A DNA stretch of 64,000 bases. It comes from the human T2T-CHM13v2.0 reference genome, Homo sapiens. The stretch is from NCBI RefSeq assembly GCF_009914755.1, contig NC_060929.1; one strand, 5' to 3'. This document shows, one piece after another, positions 14,171 through 28,480 of the stretch; the stretch's first letter is position 1; each line of letters begins with the position of its first letter. Below the pieces are notes generated by a model, which was not told the DNA's origin, searched no databases, and was given only the letters and a program-made list of their open reading frames with translations. Made by a program: the position numbers and the translations under genes.

Positions 14171-17100
14171 CAAAGCGAAGTAATGTAGCCAAGAAAAATC
14201 TGTGTGTATGAGTTCAAAGTCAAACCCACGTCTCATAATTCCTAGTCAGTGCTCTTTCTTTTAGAGCCTAGAAACAAAAAATAAGTGAAATAGACATATA
14301 GGAGTTTCCTATAATTCAGTATCTCCTCATGTCACCTACATTGGGAAAAAAAAAGTCTTCTTGCTTCTAGTATATTGATTACATTTTTTGGTACTATTTT
14401 TAAAAATGGATTATACAATCTCATGGTGATCTATAACAATTTCATCTACTCTGGCTGGCCATATCATTTCCCAGGCCTCCTGAATAAGAATTCAAATAAA
14501 AAAGCATTAAAGACTATGATCCAAACATCAGAGGCTCACCAGGATTATAAACAGGAAAAGAAAAAAACAGGATATGAGTGACTAGTAAGTTATTCATGAA
14601 TTCAAACTATGTAGAATAATTAAAATATCTACTTTCAGCAAATAAGCCATTAACTGCAATTTCACTATTTTGTAATGATCTAATTCACACTGTTTCCAGA
14701 AGTTTCCCTTAATCTATGTACATGATTATGTAGATCAATGTTTACATTTTTGCATTCCTATAGACATGCAGTGAAAATAAAGTGCATAAATAAGTTGTCC
14801 CCTGGTTACCTGAAAATGTTTACATGTATGAAAAGTATTTAGACTATAATAACATAGATAAGGGTTTTAGGGGTCGAAGAGACCAGGCAATTTCAATTCC
14901 CAATGTTTTTCTCCATTATTTGTGGGCATGGTGGAACTAATATCCTAAACATGCTTCCCCCTCATAATGAATTTCCCAAGCTTCTCAAATAAGCAGTGTT
15001 GTAAAAAGTGGTAAGTTTCCATTATATGAAGAGAAATGTGTGAATTTTTTGTTCACACAGCTTTTTACTCAAGTAACTCGGAGAAGGAATTTATTTTTCA
15101 CCACTTCAAGCTTGTCATTTATTTAGCCCTCAGTGGGGAATAGTGTCTTTGCTTTGGTGGAACTGAGCAATTTGTAGAGGAAAGGATAAGGTCCCTGTAG
15201 TAAGTTCTGAGGCCAATCTTTTATAGATCTCTAGCACAAGCAATGATAAATACCTCTAAAGATAAATACACTTAGTTTGTAATCCTTATGTCTAAGTTAA
15301 CTTAATTTTTATATGTCTTTACCCTTTCAGTTCTGAAACGATAATGTTAATTCTGTTCTTGATGAATATAAATTCTGATGGTAAACAATGTAGACGATTC
15401 TCTATGCGTGTCTTTGAACTTCGGATTTGGTGCCTTTAATGGAAAAAGGAAAGTAAACTATATTTAGGTGCTTTGATTGTATCTTGTATCCGTGGCTATG
15501 AATACTGCACACTCTATATACTCTAAGAACAAATTGGAATAGAAATATTCTAAGGGTGAGCTTCTGAGATATGTTTTCCATTCAACAAATATTTGGTGCC
15601 TAAATATTTGCCTAAAATCATTCTGCTTTCCTGTGACAGTGCAGGGAGGGGAGGGGGAAGATCCTGGAAATAAATAAATAAAAATTAAACTAATATATTA
15701 ATATCTGAGGGTCACTATAAGCATATACAGATAGGTGGTTAGACAATGTCTATATTATATATAAAGAGAGATTATATAGCAAGATAAGCAATGTACTAGA
15801 GATGAAATACTTCTTTCTAATGCATTAATTTAAACACTGCTTCTATCATTTATCAGTTATTTGTCTTAAGGTTGTTATTTACATATTCACGACCTCAGTT
15901 TACCTACCTTATAGGGTATGTGGACTGACAAACTGTTATACATATAAATGCTAGCATCAGTGAAAATTCTTTATCTTCTTCCTTTCCCAGAGCATGAAGA
16001 AATAAGAATAAAAAATGGTGAATGTAATAAAACACAGGTACTAATACATAAAGTAGTCTTCAAATCAGAAAGGAGGAAAAGAAAATCAAAAGATGAGGTA
16101 GGGATTTAAAAGGGAGGAAAAGCAAAAGAATTGTGTGTTGTGGTGAGCAGTAGAATCTGAGCACAATTTTCATTTTAAAAATTTCTCCAAAATCTGTGCC
16201 AAGAATTTCCTAACCCAGTTACATTGAGAGTAGTTACACATAGATGTACCCGAAACACGACAAGGACTAGAGTTTTTCAATCAGAACTGAGTTTCCATTT
16301 GCATAGAGCCTTCATCACAGAACCTGTCGTTTCTAGTTTCTGTTAACAGAGATTTAGTATTATATTAACTAATGGGCCTTATTGAAGATGACAACAAATG
16401 CAATCTTCAGAGCCTTTAGCCATTTTTTTCAGAAATTTAAATAATATCCTGAACTCAGGGGATAAATTAAGCTCAATGGTGTATGTCCACTTAAAGGAGA
16501 AAGGAAAACAATTTTTGGATCTATAACGCTTGAAACTGGTAAATCAACATCAAAGAATCTTCTAAACCTAGTCTGTATATGACCAATCAATCAAAAAATT
16601 CCTAAAAAGAAAAAGTAAGCTACTATGTGGCTCTGTGGTGAAAAATCTCTCCAAATAATTTTAATCTTTTGCAATAGAGAAATGCATCCTATTTTTCACA
16701 ACTGAGAATCTGTCATTTGATATTTTCCTATAAGGGTCAAGTTAATGGGCAAAAATGACGTCCTTCAATTCAAATTCAGGGGATAATTGATAAAGCTTGA
16801 TTTCAATCAGAGCACTCCATGAGCAAGATTTAAATATTCACTTGCCTCAAATCAGTAGTCACCCAGATAATAACTCACCAGGTGCAATCTGCTTCCAACA
16901 CACTTTGCTAGGACTCATTTCTTCCATCTCTTTTTGGACTTTAAATTGTTAAGTAACCTTGTTTGTAGAGTGATCTACTACTATTTGTCCTATTTCAAAA
17001 AAAATCTCATTATTAATGAACCAGTGACGATTAAGTAATAGTAGTTGTTACTGACAAGAACAAAAACATGAATTCAGGCTTTAAGCTAGAAGGGAGCACT

Positions 17101-18569
17101 CATTTATAAGGTATTCATTCAGATGATCCAGAATATGCATATATTATATTACATTTTCAAAATTAAATTTTTCTAGAGAATTCTCAGACACTGAAATTAT
17201 ATCTGCATTTTGTTTAATGATGTAATTTGCTAAAAGTTGGCTAACACATTAAATAACCCAGGTACGTCTGCATTCTAAAAAGAAACTTTCTAAAATGACA
17301 AAGACTTTAAGATGCCAAGCAATTAGTTTTAAAGGTTGAATAACAGACAGATGGTGAGGAAAATATTTGAGGCCTATAAAGGCTTTCCCAGGGCTCCCTA
17401 AATCCCATCCTGGAGTCAGCCGTTGTGTGTTTTCTCCTAAGATATTTTTGGAGAATAAGCACCTCTGTATGTAAGAGTTCTTATCATAATAGATAAAATT
17501 CCTGAAGCAAAATATGATATAATATCCTATTATTAATACCTCACTAAACTGTAATTGGATATAATTTACAAGAATGTAATCTTTCACACATCTCTGTTCA
17601 AAGGCATAATTTCCATTATTTTTTGAAAAGTAATCTGGCATCTATGGCTTTGGGATGTACACAGGGATTTCAAAAAAGCATTTTTTGTCCCCCATCCAAC
17701 CCAAAATTTATTTCCAAATAAAAGAAATAAGATTGTCACCTGACACTGTAACTAAAAAATCAACACAGAACAGGTTGAAACACACATGTATAAACTCACA
17801 TTAAGTTGTAGAAGTTTGCCCTTGAATGAACAAGATTTCAGTAATGAGACAATCAGAAAGCAAATTGTCAGGAACCCAAGCACATATGAGACAAGGTAAA
17901 AAAAAATACATATTAAAAACCAACAGCATCGACCGTACCCACTAAAATTCTTAAATGCCCAAGGATTTGACTTGCTTCATCGGTGTATCATGTGTATGTT
18001 TTAGAGATGAATGTTGCATGCTAATTTAACAGATGTCCTCAATACCCATAGAATTATTAATTTCTTTCTGTTCTAATTCAATATTCATCAGGAACTTTAT
18101 GATTATAATGTGGTCTCTTAAGACACATGTCTACAAAGAAAGAAAGTATTGGCCACAGAACGTGTGTCCAAGATCCTGGCCAATTTACTCCTTATTATAA
18201 TGAAATCAACTGATTTTCTGGTTTTATATATCACTGTCTACAAATGCAGTTAACATGTGTCCAGCATGAGAAACAGTCACTCTCATCATTCCCAAAAAAC
18301 ATGGTTCCAAACCCACAGGCTGAGAGTTAGATTAAGGAGTACAGTGAATTCACAAAGCCAGAAGCACCCTGAGGTCTACTCTAGACAACTAGCTGACCTG
18401 TTCTGGTTACATTCTGATCCTGATCTCTTCTTAAAATTCCAACATGAACAGGATAAAAGTGAGACAATTGATCAGCAGAAAAAATAAAGTCCAAGTAGTC
18501 TGATATTAGGAGAAATATCAACATGACTAGGAGTCAAGTGAGAGGTACGGGAGTAGGAAGCGCCTAAGG

Positions 18570-18770
18570 CAAGGCTTGATATGATGGAAAGACAGCGGAT
18601 TTTGAGTGACCTTGTTTGTTCTCAATTTCTCTGAGCCTGATCGTTTAGCTAAATAATAAGAATGCCAAAGTCATAGGGTTTTTGTGGGGTTTATTTTATG
18701 GGGGAATTAAAGGAAATAATAGATGTTGATCACAGAACCTGACATATGTACTTAATACATAATTTATTTT
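18570..18770 (+). mobile_element. MIR fragment
   Basis: 'gagtgaccttg...tctctgagcctga...tcatagggtttttgtgggg'. Confidence 0.55.
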
Positions 18771-19205
18771 TCTCCTTATCATAATTTTATTCATGTGTAT
18801 TCATACTAGAAGACCCTGCCCAATCCAATAAAGAATTTGAAAACAGGCATCTCTAGTCTCCATATGGTATCTTTTCTGCCAAAGGGTCTGCTTCTCTTAT
18901 GACATTGCTCTTCTACCATGAATGGAAGGAAGCAGGATGGATACAACAATTTGTTCTCAGATGTTGGTAACTCCTATTATTATTAATGAGTATTTCACAG
19001 AATCCAAGGACCTTTGAAATCTTTTTGTCCAATCTGTCACTTAGCTTGATCATTAGGCTTAATCCAGTGATAGTATAATTGGCTCACTATTTTGCAAGTC
19101 TTTGTAAAATATTCAGCTGGGAGAGAGCACTGTTTAACCCTGAGGATGAATGGCTACTTTGGAAAGCTAAGCATTTAGGAAAAGACATGTCAACCCAGAC
19201 ATCTT

Positions 19206-19440
19206 AATTTATTTTATTTTATTCCAGTAGCTTTTGAGGTACAAGTGGTTTTTGGTTACACGGATGAATTCTATAGTGGTGAATTCTGAGATTTAGTGCA
19301 CCCGTCACCCAAGTATGTTTGCAAACTATGCATCTGGCAAAGGACTAATATCCAGAATCTACAAGGAACTCAAACAAATCAGTAAGAAAAAAATCCCATC
19401 AAAAAGTGGGCAAAGAACATGAATAAACATTTTTCAAAAG
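19206..19440 (-). mobile_element. 5'-inverted L1PB-like insertion (3' end on -, ORF2 piece on +)
   Basis: 19206-19313 antisense L1PB 3' end ('ttttgaggtacaagtggtttttggttacacggatgaattctatagtggtgaattctgag'); 19314-19440 sense ORF2 piece ('tttgcaaactatgcatctggcaaaggactaatatccagaatctacaaggaactcaaac'); flanks atcttaatttt/atcttactttt. Confidence 0.88.
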
Positions 19441-20109
19441 ATCTTACTTTTAAAGCAAACTCCAAGGACACCACTTACGCAGTTTTCCCACATGTTCCCA
19501 AGAATACAAACATTGCTTAAGGGACTAAGAGGTTTTAGTCTTTGTGCTAATCTTTGGGTTTTTTTCAGCCTTTCCCTGGAAAAAAAAAAGAAAAAGAAAA
19601 AGTATACTTTAATTCTGTATCACTTAATTTTGGACATGTGCTTTGCAATTTTAGCTGTGTTTGTGATAGATCATGTTATTAATATTACATCTTGTTTCCA
19701 TTATACTGTATCAATTTCATATATAAGGTAGGTGGCATAGCAGGTCATCATTTATCAAAAAAAAGAGTAAGAGAAAATGTCAAATAAGAAGAGTAAGTAT
19801 GTTATGGCTCTACTGTATGGAGCACAAGTAACTTGAGGAAATCCAGTTTCAAAGTTATAATTTAATTTAAGTCACAGTCTAGTGACTGTAGACAGGAAAT
19901 TTAAAAAAAACAGGTTGTGGCAATAGTGAATACAAATTCAAAGGAGAACTGGCTCCTGGAACTTCTACAAAGAACTGTATGTCAAGCCTTAAGGAAATGC
20001 CTATATTAAGGTCCCAGTGATGAAACCATGCTATGTTTCCACATATCAAGGTGAAATATGCCTTATGTGGCCTAGTCAGGGAATAAGCTGCTTCATTCCA
20101 TACTAATGA

Positions 20110-20340
20110 TCAGCATTAGTGGATTGACTACCTACTGTGTGCCTGACACTTTTCTAAGCTCTTGTTATACAATAACCCCAATGAAATAGATACTGTTGCT
20201 ATTCCCATTTTACTATTGTGGATACAAAAGCACAGAATGTTCAGTGTCATGTCCAAGTATATGCCACTTGACAATGGCAAAGCTGAAACTTAAATCTAAG
20301 CAATTTCACTCTAGAGCTGAATTCTTAACCAAGTTAATCT
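20110..20340 (-). mobile_element. MIR
   Basis: 'tactgtgtgcctgacacttttctaagctc...aataacccaatgaaatagatactgttgctattcccattttac'. Confidence 0.75.
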
Positions 20341-20991
20341 ATTGTTTTTCTTTTAAATACACACATTCCTGCTGTCATACTGTATACTATATACTATATA
20401 TGTTTCTAGGGGGCAGAAAGCACATGCTTTACTGTAAAATCGCATGGCAAATAAAACACAGGCTACAGGGAAAAAATAGGGTTGGAAAAGGAATCGCAAA
20501 ATGTATTATACCCAGAGAACACAAAAACAATAGCAATCCATTAAAAAACCCTCACAAATGCATTTAAAATATGCTTGGGATTGGTGTCTACTATCACAGT
20601 TAGTTCTTCTCATCTTAAACCCTGGGGCTTATGCAGTTTCCTGAAATGTAATTCCTGGAGGGCATTTGCTTCTAATAGAGACATGTTCATCAGAATCAAA
20701 AATCTTATCCAGACTGTAGCCTGTTTTGTTAATCCATTGTTTTAATAAGGAAAGAAATGTCAGCACATCACCTTCACGTTCACTTGTGTTTCACTGTAGC
20801 TTTATATGGGGAAGTGCAGGCATAGCTTGCACTAAAAGAGATACTTTTGTAGAGTTTTATATGAAGTTTATATATTGCTAAGGCTTTTCTTTAATTGTGA
20901 GAGAGCTCGCTCCAATTACTTAAAAAAATTCACACTCAGAAAAATCACGTATGAATCAATACCTCTTTCACATTATACCAACTTCACTATC

Positions 20992-21390
20992 TGTCTTCAT
21001 CCATTCTTGCTGCTATAAAAAAAATACCAGACACCGGGTAACTTATAACTCATAAATGATAGAAATTATTTGTCAAGATCAAGGGACTAGCACGTTTAGT
21101 GTCTGGTGAGGGCCTCTCTCTGCTTCCAAGATGGTACTTTCTTGCTATATCTTCAAATGGCAGAAGGGCAAAAGGGGCAGGACAAATGCTGTGTCCTCAC
21201 ATAGCAGAAGAGATGGAAGGTTGAGGCAGGTCTCTGAAACCTCTTTTATAAGGGCATTGGTCCCATTCACAAAGGCACAGCGTTCAAGACTTAATCATTC
21301 CCCAAAGGCCTCAGTTCCTGATTTCATTCCCTTGATGATTAAGTTTCAACATATGAATCTTGGAGGAACACATATATTAAAACCATAGCA
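20992..21390 (-). mobile_element. MaLR solo LTR (MSTC/D-like)
   Basis: 'tgtcttcatccattcttgctgctataa...gtgtctggtgagggcc...tttcaacatatgaatcttggaggaacacatatattaaaaccatagca'. Confidence 0.88.
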
Positions 21391-22284
21391 TTCCCACATT
21401 TATCAATCACATAAGAAGTAATCAGTGTAAAAACAAACAGTAATCATAGAAGAACAAACAAGACTGTAACTAGTTGTGATTAGTTCTATTATTCCACATG
21501 CCAAAATGGTCAAAGTGCTGTTTAATCACATTTACTTACAGTTTAAACTATCCCGAACATGCTGTTTGTCATTTTTTTTCAGCAAATATTTATTGACCAT
21601 CTACCATGCATGAGGCATGGTGTAGAAGGCTGGGGATAGAGTGAGGCACAAGATGGACATGACCCCTCCCATCCTAAAGACCTGAAATTCTCTTAGGTTT
21701 TTCACAAGAAATATACAAATCCTACTGTGACTCCAGGCTCTCATGATTTTACCAGAGAAGTATAAATTTTGGATTGTTGTACTAACTATTGGATAAACTA
21801 ACTTTTCATATTCCAGGTTTTGCTCCCAGTCATGACAACTTTCCCACTGCACACATCTACATATATCTAAAAACATAGAAAACAAATGAGCATGATCCAA
21901 ATATGCATTTCTCAACCCACTGACTTTTTTAAATATTATCATGAAACACTTCATCCATCTGACATGTTATGCAAACTTGGTGCTCTGAGTGATTTAATTG
22001 TCCTAGAAACTGAAATACATCCCAAACTTGGAAATCCTATTTTAAAAAGAAAGAATTCTCCTAAGAGTCTAATATCCTAAGATTCCTGCTCTGATTTCTT
22101 AAATAAAATGCAGTGCCCAAAATATAACCCCACTGAGATCAAATTGAGAAATCTAAGTCTCCTAATGCCATTCCCATCCTTCTTACCCTTTCAACCTCTG
22201 CAGGCTGATTTCAGATACTGAGCGTGCTCATCATAAAATTATATGGCACAATTTTCACTTGGGATGGTATATATACCACATGGG

Positions 22285-22700
22285 CCAGTTCAGGTCCTCT
22301 GAGACATTGACACAAAGACGGCATTAGACATGCTCACGAGAACCAGTAAATCTATCACCCATGAAGTCCAGAGGAGCAAAGAGCAGAAATAGGTGGGAAG
22401 AGCTTTCAGGTAGCGATATAGATCTGACACCTGTGAAAGGAGAGGCAGCAGAGAGAATTGAGTAGGGATAGCTGCATACCACAGCACAGTACTGAGAAAG
22501 TCTCAGCCAGGCCGGAGGGCAGTTCCTGCCTATTAGAAGAGTGTTGCATTCAAGAGAATTGGCCCCATACCAGCCCAGTCACTGCTATGCTCAGTCATCG
22601 GCTGGTAGCAGCTTGGGGGAAGCATAGCCTCAGCTCCCAGGCTGTCAGTCAGCAATGCTCCCCACAGCAGCCCCTTCTCAGCAGTGCTCCTCCATGCCAT
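22285..22700 (-). mobile_element. ERVL LTR (LTR16-like)
   Basis: 'gttcaggtcctctgagacattgacacaaagac...gatctgacacctgtgaaaggagaggc...cagtactgagaaagtctcagccaggcc'; orientation inferred from family consensus. Confidence 0.65.
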
Positions 22701-23159
22701 CTAAAATGTTACAAGAATTGGCTATTCTTTGCTAGAGATTAATAAGAATAAACTATGGGAGGAGAAAAGCATCTATTACTTCGAAAAGTATGTCTGGCCA
22801 CACTTTTGGAAGGTATGAGGGGCTGGTATTTTCTTGAGGTTTCAGTAATTCTATCTATTGACAGAGACACTGTAGCCAGTTCTCCCATGTTTTCAAAGGC
22901 AAAGCAAGTCACCCTGTCAGGCAATCGGGTGATATCACTACTAAATTCTACTAGCTTTTATTGAACATTGTCACTGCTTTCAGAATCTCAACTACCACAT
23001 ATACACTCATTTGTCAAGCAGAACAAAGGCATTTATTGTCACCAATTCTATTCTTACATTATTAGCATGAAAAAAGTGAAAGAGATACATTGATAGGGGT
23101 AAAAAGAACAGTTCCACATTATACACGTCACCCCTCCTGAAAGGCAGCACAACTCAGTG

Positions 23160-23591
23160 CCAAGAGATGTCCCCACTCTCACCTGTTCAACACAGTACTG
23201 AAAGTCCTAGCCAGAGCAATTATGCAGGAAAAAGAAATAAAAGGCATCCAAATAAAAAAGTAAGTAATGCATTGTCTCTGTTTGCAGATTACAGGATCTT
23301 ATGTATAGAAAGCCCTAAAGACTCCACATTATAAAACTGTTAGAATAGTAAATGACTTCTGTAAGGTTGCAGAATAAAAATCAATATACTAAAATCAGTT
23401 GCATTTATATGCACTAAAAACAAACTACCCCCCAAAAAATTAGGAAAACAATTCCATTTACAGTAGTATAAGAATAAAATACATAGGAATAAATTTAAAG
23501 AGCTGAAAGAGCTGTACACTTAAATCTGTAAGATATCACTGAAAAAAAATGAAGAAGACACAAATAAATGAAAAGATAGCCCATGTTCATG
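23160..23591 (+). mobile_element. Old L1M ORF2 fragment
   Basis: 'ttcaacacagtactgaaagtcctagccagagcaattatgcaggaaaaagaaataaaaggcatccaaat' (RT region), many stops. Confidence 0.9.
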
Positions 23592-24222
23592 TGGAGAAAT
23601 AGGGACACTTTTACCCTGTTGGTGGGAGTGTAAATTACTTCAAACATGACTTCAATCATGGCAATTCCTCAAAGATCTAGAACCAGAAATACCATTTGAG
23701 CCAGCAATCCTTACTGGGTATATACCCAAAGGATTATAAATCATTCTACTATAAAGACACATACATACATATGTTTATTGCAGCACTGTTCACAATAGCA
23801 AAGACTTGGAACCAACCCAAATGTCCATCAATGATAGACTGAATAAAGAAAATGTGCCACATATACACCATGGAATACGATGCAGCCATAAAAAGGGATG
23901 AGTTCATGTCCTTTGCAGGGACATGAATGAAGCTGGAAACCAACATTCTCAGCAAACTAACACAGAAACAGAAAACCAAGCACCGCATATTCTCACTTAC
24001 AAGTGGGAGCTGAACAATGAGAACACATGGACACAGTGAGGAGAACAACATACTCTGGGGCTTGTCAGTGGGTGGGGCAGGGCAGGAAGAGCATTAAGGA
24101 GAAATACCTAATGTAGATGATGGGTTGATGGGTGTAGCAAACCACCATGGCACGTTTATACCTGTGTAACAAACCTGCACATTCTGCACATGTATCCCAG
24201 AACTTAAAGTATAATAAAAAAA
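23592..24222 (+). mobile_element. L1PA (PA7-10-like) 3' end with A-tail
   Basis: 'tggagaaatagggacacttttac...catatacaccatggaatac...gcacatgtatcccagaacttaaagtataataaaaaa'. Confidence 0.95.
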
Positions 24223-25017
24223 TAACTATTTTATAAATAACCCTGTTTCCCAAGCTAGAGAGTTTTGAGCGGGCTTCTCACCTACCATTAAGCTTTATAA
24301 TTATTTAGTCACCAGAGTCCTTTGAGGAACCTATAAGCACCTGGTGAAAGACCTAACACAATGTCTGGCACATAGATAAATAATACATTTCAGTTGATTC
24401 TAGATCAAAGAGATATAGCTTGCTGTCAGATAAGTATATTAATAATCTATTATTTGTAATAAAACATTTTTATAATTCAATTATTTAGAAGGCTTACAAG
24501 TTACAGAGCTAGTGCCAGATTACTGCAGAACCTTCCCTGACTTTATAAATTAGACCTTATGTCAAGATTACCTATAAAATAATCTTTGTGCCACTGAAGC
24601 AGCATTGAATCTATTGTGCAAAGTCTGATAAACCTCCATCTATCCACCATTTCTATGCAAATCCCCCTAAACCTTTGGAAACATTTATCATTTCTGAGTG
24701 CATTATACTTCCAAAATAGTTGTCAGGAAAAGCAAAGTGGTGAGTTATAGCAGTGTTCTGGGGTAATCCAATTATTGGGGTATATTGGATACCTAAGGTC
24801 TGAGTGCCTCTAGAGAGCTGAATAAAATAGATTCTATCACCCTGTGAAAGGCTTTCCCAAATTATCTTCATATTTCCAGAAAATATATCTTCTCATGACT
24901 TTCTCTGATTCCAACAGCTTGTTCCTGCTGAATTGTGCTATCCTAAATGTAGAGCTTAGTCCCATCCTTGATTTACACACATATGGACACATACAATCAA
25001 AACACCAACAAACATAC

Positions 25018-25556
25018 TGTAGTAGGTGACTTCTAAGTTAGCCCCCAAGGTTCCCCACCTCTCAGTATTCATCCCCTGTGTAATCCCTCCCATTGAGTAT
25101 GAGCTGAAACTAGTTACTGGCTTCTGACTGATAGGATACTGAAAAGGTGATGGGATGTCACTTCCATGGTTAGGTAAGAAGAGATTGCAACTTCCATCTC
25201 TTTGGCAGACTGTCTCTACTGCTTTCTGGACTACACACTTTGATGAAGCCAGCTGCCATACTGAAGAGACCCAGGTGGCAAAGAACTGAGGGTGGGCTTC
25301 ATCTAACAGCCATTAAGGAACTGATGGCCTCAGTCCAACAGCTAGGAAGCAGATTCTTCCCCAGTCAAGTCTTCAGAAAAGTCCCTGGTCCTGGCCAATA
25401 CCTGATGGCAGCTGTGTGACAGACCCTAAAGTGGGGAACCCAGTTAAGCCATACTCAGATTTCCAAACCACCGAAACAGTGAAATATTCAGTGTATGTTA
25501 TTTTAAACTGCTGATTTTAGTGGTGACTTGTTATGCAACAATAGATAACTAATACA
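25018..25556 (+). mobile_element. MaLR solo LTR (MLT1F-like)
   Basis: 'tgtagtaggtgacttctaag...gtaatccctcccattgagtatgagctg...ttgttatgcaacaatagataactaataca'. Confidence 0.88.
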
Positions 25557-25731
25557 TATATAAATGGAAACGCATACACATATGCCCTTTATGTTTGGCA
25601 TACTTTTCTGGAGACTTGGAAAGGTTAAATAGGAGTTTACACCATAAACATGTAAAAAAAATGCAAATTGAATGTTAGAAATTATACTCAGTCCTTCAAC
25701 AGCTTACTATGGCAGTTTTGTTTTGATGTGA

Positions 25732-26203
<472 letters not shown>

Positions 26204-26269
26204 CAGGATCTTTTTTCAATATACAAGTTATTCAGGGCATTGCAGAAATAGGATCCACCTTCCTTATTT

Positions 26270-27235
26270 TTCATTTGTTTTTTCAGCAATGATCCATTAA
26301 ATCCAAGGCAGTACTCTCAGCACTAAGTTAACAGTGGTAAATTCAAAAGACCTGGTCCATGTCCTTACCTAGCTTATGGTCAACTTTGTGAGGACAAACA
26401 TTGAACAGGCAAATGAATATATAAATGAATAATTACACATGAGGAAAGTGCTTGGAAGATAAGAAACATGGACTGTGCTGAAGATAAAGGAGACAGACCT
26501 GCTGAGATTTGTTTTCATTAATCCCAGAAAAGCTCTTTCTTTTCAAATAATATTTAGTTTGAGATTTGAAGAATGGGGATTGAGGGAAGGACACCTTGGA
26601 TAGAGGATCTCCAGGTGAAAGCCTGTGTATGAAGGCTTTGAGGGAGGACACAGTGTGGGGTGTTCTAAGAACTAACACATGGATAATTGGCTGGAGCAAT
26701 AGTGAGAAAAACTGGCTCAAAATGAAGCTGGAGAAGAAAGCAGAGGTCAACACAGCTAGGATTCTGTAACTCAAGGTCAGGAGGTTGCACGTAATTCAAC
26801 ATGCAATGGGAAGCCATTGAAGGGCTTAAGTGAGAGAAAGACAAGATTTGATTTACCTTTTTTGCAAGGATGGAGATGGTGAATAAAAAAAAGGAATACA
26901 AATGTATTTATTGCTACTGAGCTGTACACTTAAAAGTGGCAAAGGTGGTAAATTATATATGTATATTTTACCTCAATAAAAATAATTTTTAATTTAAAGA
27001 TTTACCATTTTATAGAATCACTATGGCTGCTGCATTAAAAAAAATGGGTTGGAAGGGATATAAAAAGAAAGCATGTGGACCAGTTAAGGAATATCTAAAA
27101 TAGACAATAGAGAGAAGCTGGTATAACAGATAAGAGAGTGGGAATGGAATAGGGAAAAGATCGACAGGTTCAAAGATACTGGCAGAATCAACAGGTTTGG
27201 TGAGGGAGAGAAAAGAATCAAAGATAACTCCCAGA
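26270..27235 (-). mobile_element. L2 relic (interrupted by L1 fragment)
   Basis: 'atgcaatgggaagccattgaagggcttaagtgagagaaagacaagatttgattt', 'agaatcactatggctgctg', 'agaatcaaagataactcccagatt'. Confidence 0.75.
26866..26990 (+). mobile_element. L1M 3' end fragment
   Basis: 'aatgtatttattgctactgagctgtacacttaaaagtggcaaaggtggtaaattatatatgtatattttacctcaataaaaa'. Confidence 0.85.
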
Positions 27236-28296
27236 TTCTAAATAATCCAGAAGGCAGTTGTAATCATATATAGCATGTTCTTTTGCTTTGTTACCTAGGG
27301 ACATGGAACTCTTTAAAAAAAAAAAAAGAAGAAGAAGAAGAAGTGACGTTCCCAGCAGTACCCTATATTGCTATTTGGTCTTTTTCAACACCTTTCATTA
27401 AAATATTTGGCTTCAAATTGCTTCAGATACTATGGTGGCATATCATTGCTGTTCCTTGTTCTTATTTTATGTAAATAGATGGTTTAAAAATGGCTTTAAT
27501 TATTTACATTATATCTTCTTGCTTCCCTCCTGTGCATTGAAGCAATAGGACATAATTTTCAAGAAAAAAAGAACCACAGAAAGGGTCAAGTATCACAGGT
27601 GTTCGAAAGAGATCTTTTGCCCAGCACATCACATAGCTGTTCTTTGGCACTTTTTATGTGCTAAACATTTGGCTAACGTTATCGCTGAATCTTCAGAAAT
27701 TTCAGGGCAGGTAAGTTTCATGGTCCCCAATTATAGAAGGAGAGAGGTAAAGAGGTTAAATGACATACTTCTAAGCAGAAAGAAGAATCGGCCTCAAAGC
27801 TAGGGGAAGCCCTCAGAGTATCTTAATCTTAATTATATATTCATTATATTCAGCAGAAATTAAATATCATTAATTAATGCCTGTGAAGTGGTTTAAATTC
27901 AGGGAGGGATTTAGAGAGAGTAGACTAGAAGGATGCTATAGGGGGAGACATCTTATTTTGTGCTAACTGTACACCAGGCTTTCTGATAAGCAGCCTTGTT
28001 TCTTATTAACCACTGTAAGATCTTGTCGGTAAAAGGAGAAGAAAATTGTACCAGCTTTACAAAGCAGACGATGCTCTGTTTATTAATCAATAGGAAGAGG
28101 AAAAATCATTTTAGTGACAGAGCACCATTAACTTCATGGATGCTTTGAAAGTAGAGCTATGAAGAAATTTAGTTGTTGCAGTGAGAAAACCAGAGGATAA
28201 AGGAACATGTAAAAGAGTGTGTAGGAAATCTGAACAGGATTCATCCACACTGAAATACAGTACACAGCCCACCTTTTCCTCATGTATCCTGAGTGC

Positions 28297-28480
28297 ATTG
28301 CTATTCTAACTTCAGTTTGTATCAGAATAACCTGAAGGTGCTTATCAAATATGTTTAATCCACTGTGCTATGCCCAGAGATTCTGGTAGGTCAGGTCTGG
28401 GTCAGAATTCAAGAATCTGGGCTTAACAGGTTCCAATGTAGACAATAGTTCAAGGTTGACGCCCACCATAATTTGGGGCA
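28297..28480. mobile_element. MER5A-like hAT-Charlie DNA transposon relic
   Basis: 'tatcagaataacctgaaggtgcttatcaaat...cccagagattctggtaggtcaggtctggg...aagaatctg'. Confidence 0.7.

Noticed and set aside
15295-15460. Plus-strand acceptor 'gtctttaccctttcag' with a few CpGs downstream
   Set aside because: Only weak GTAAAC donors follow and there is no supporting partner exon.
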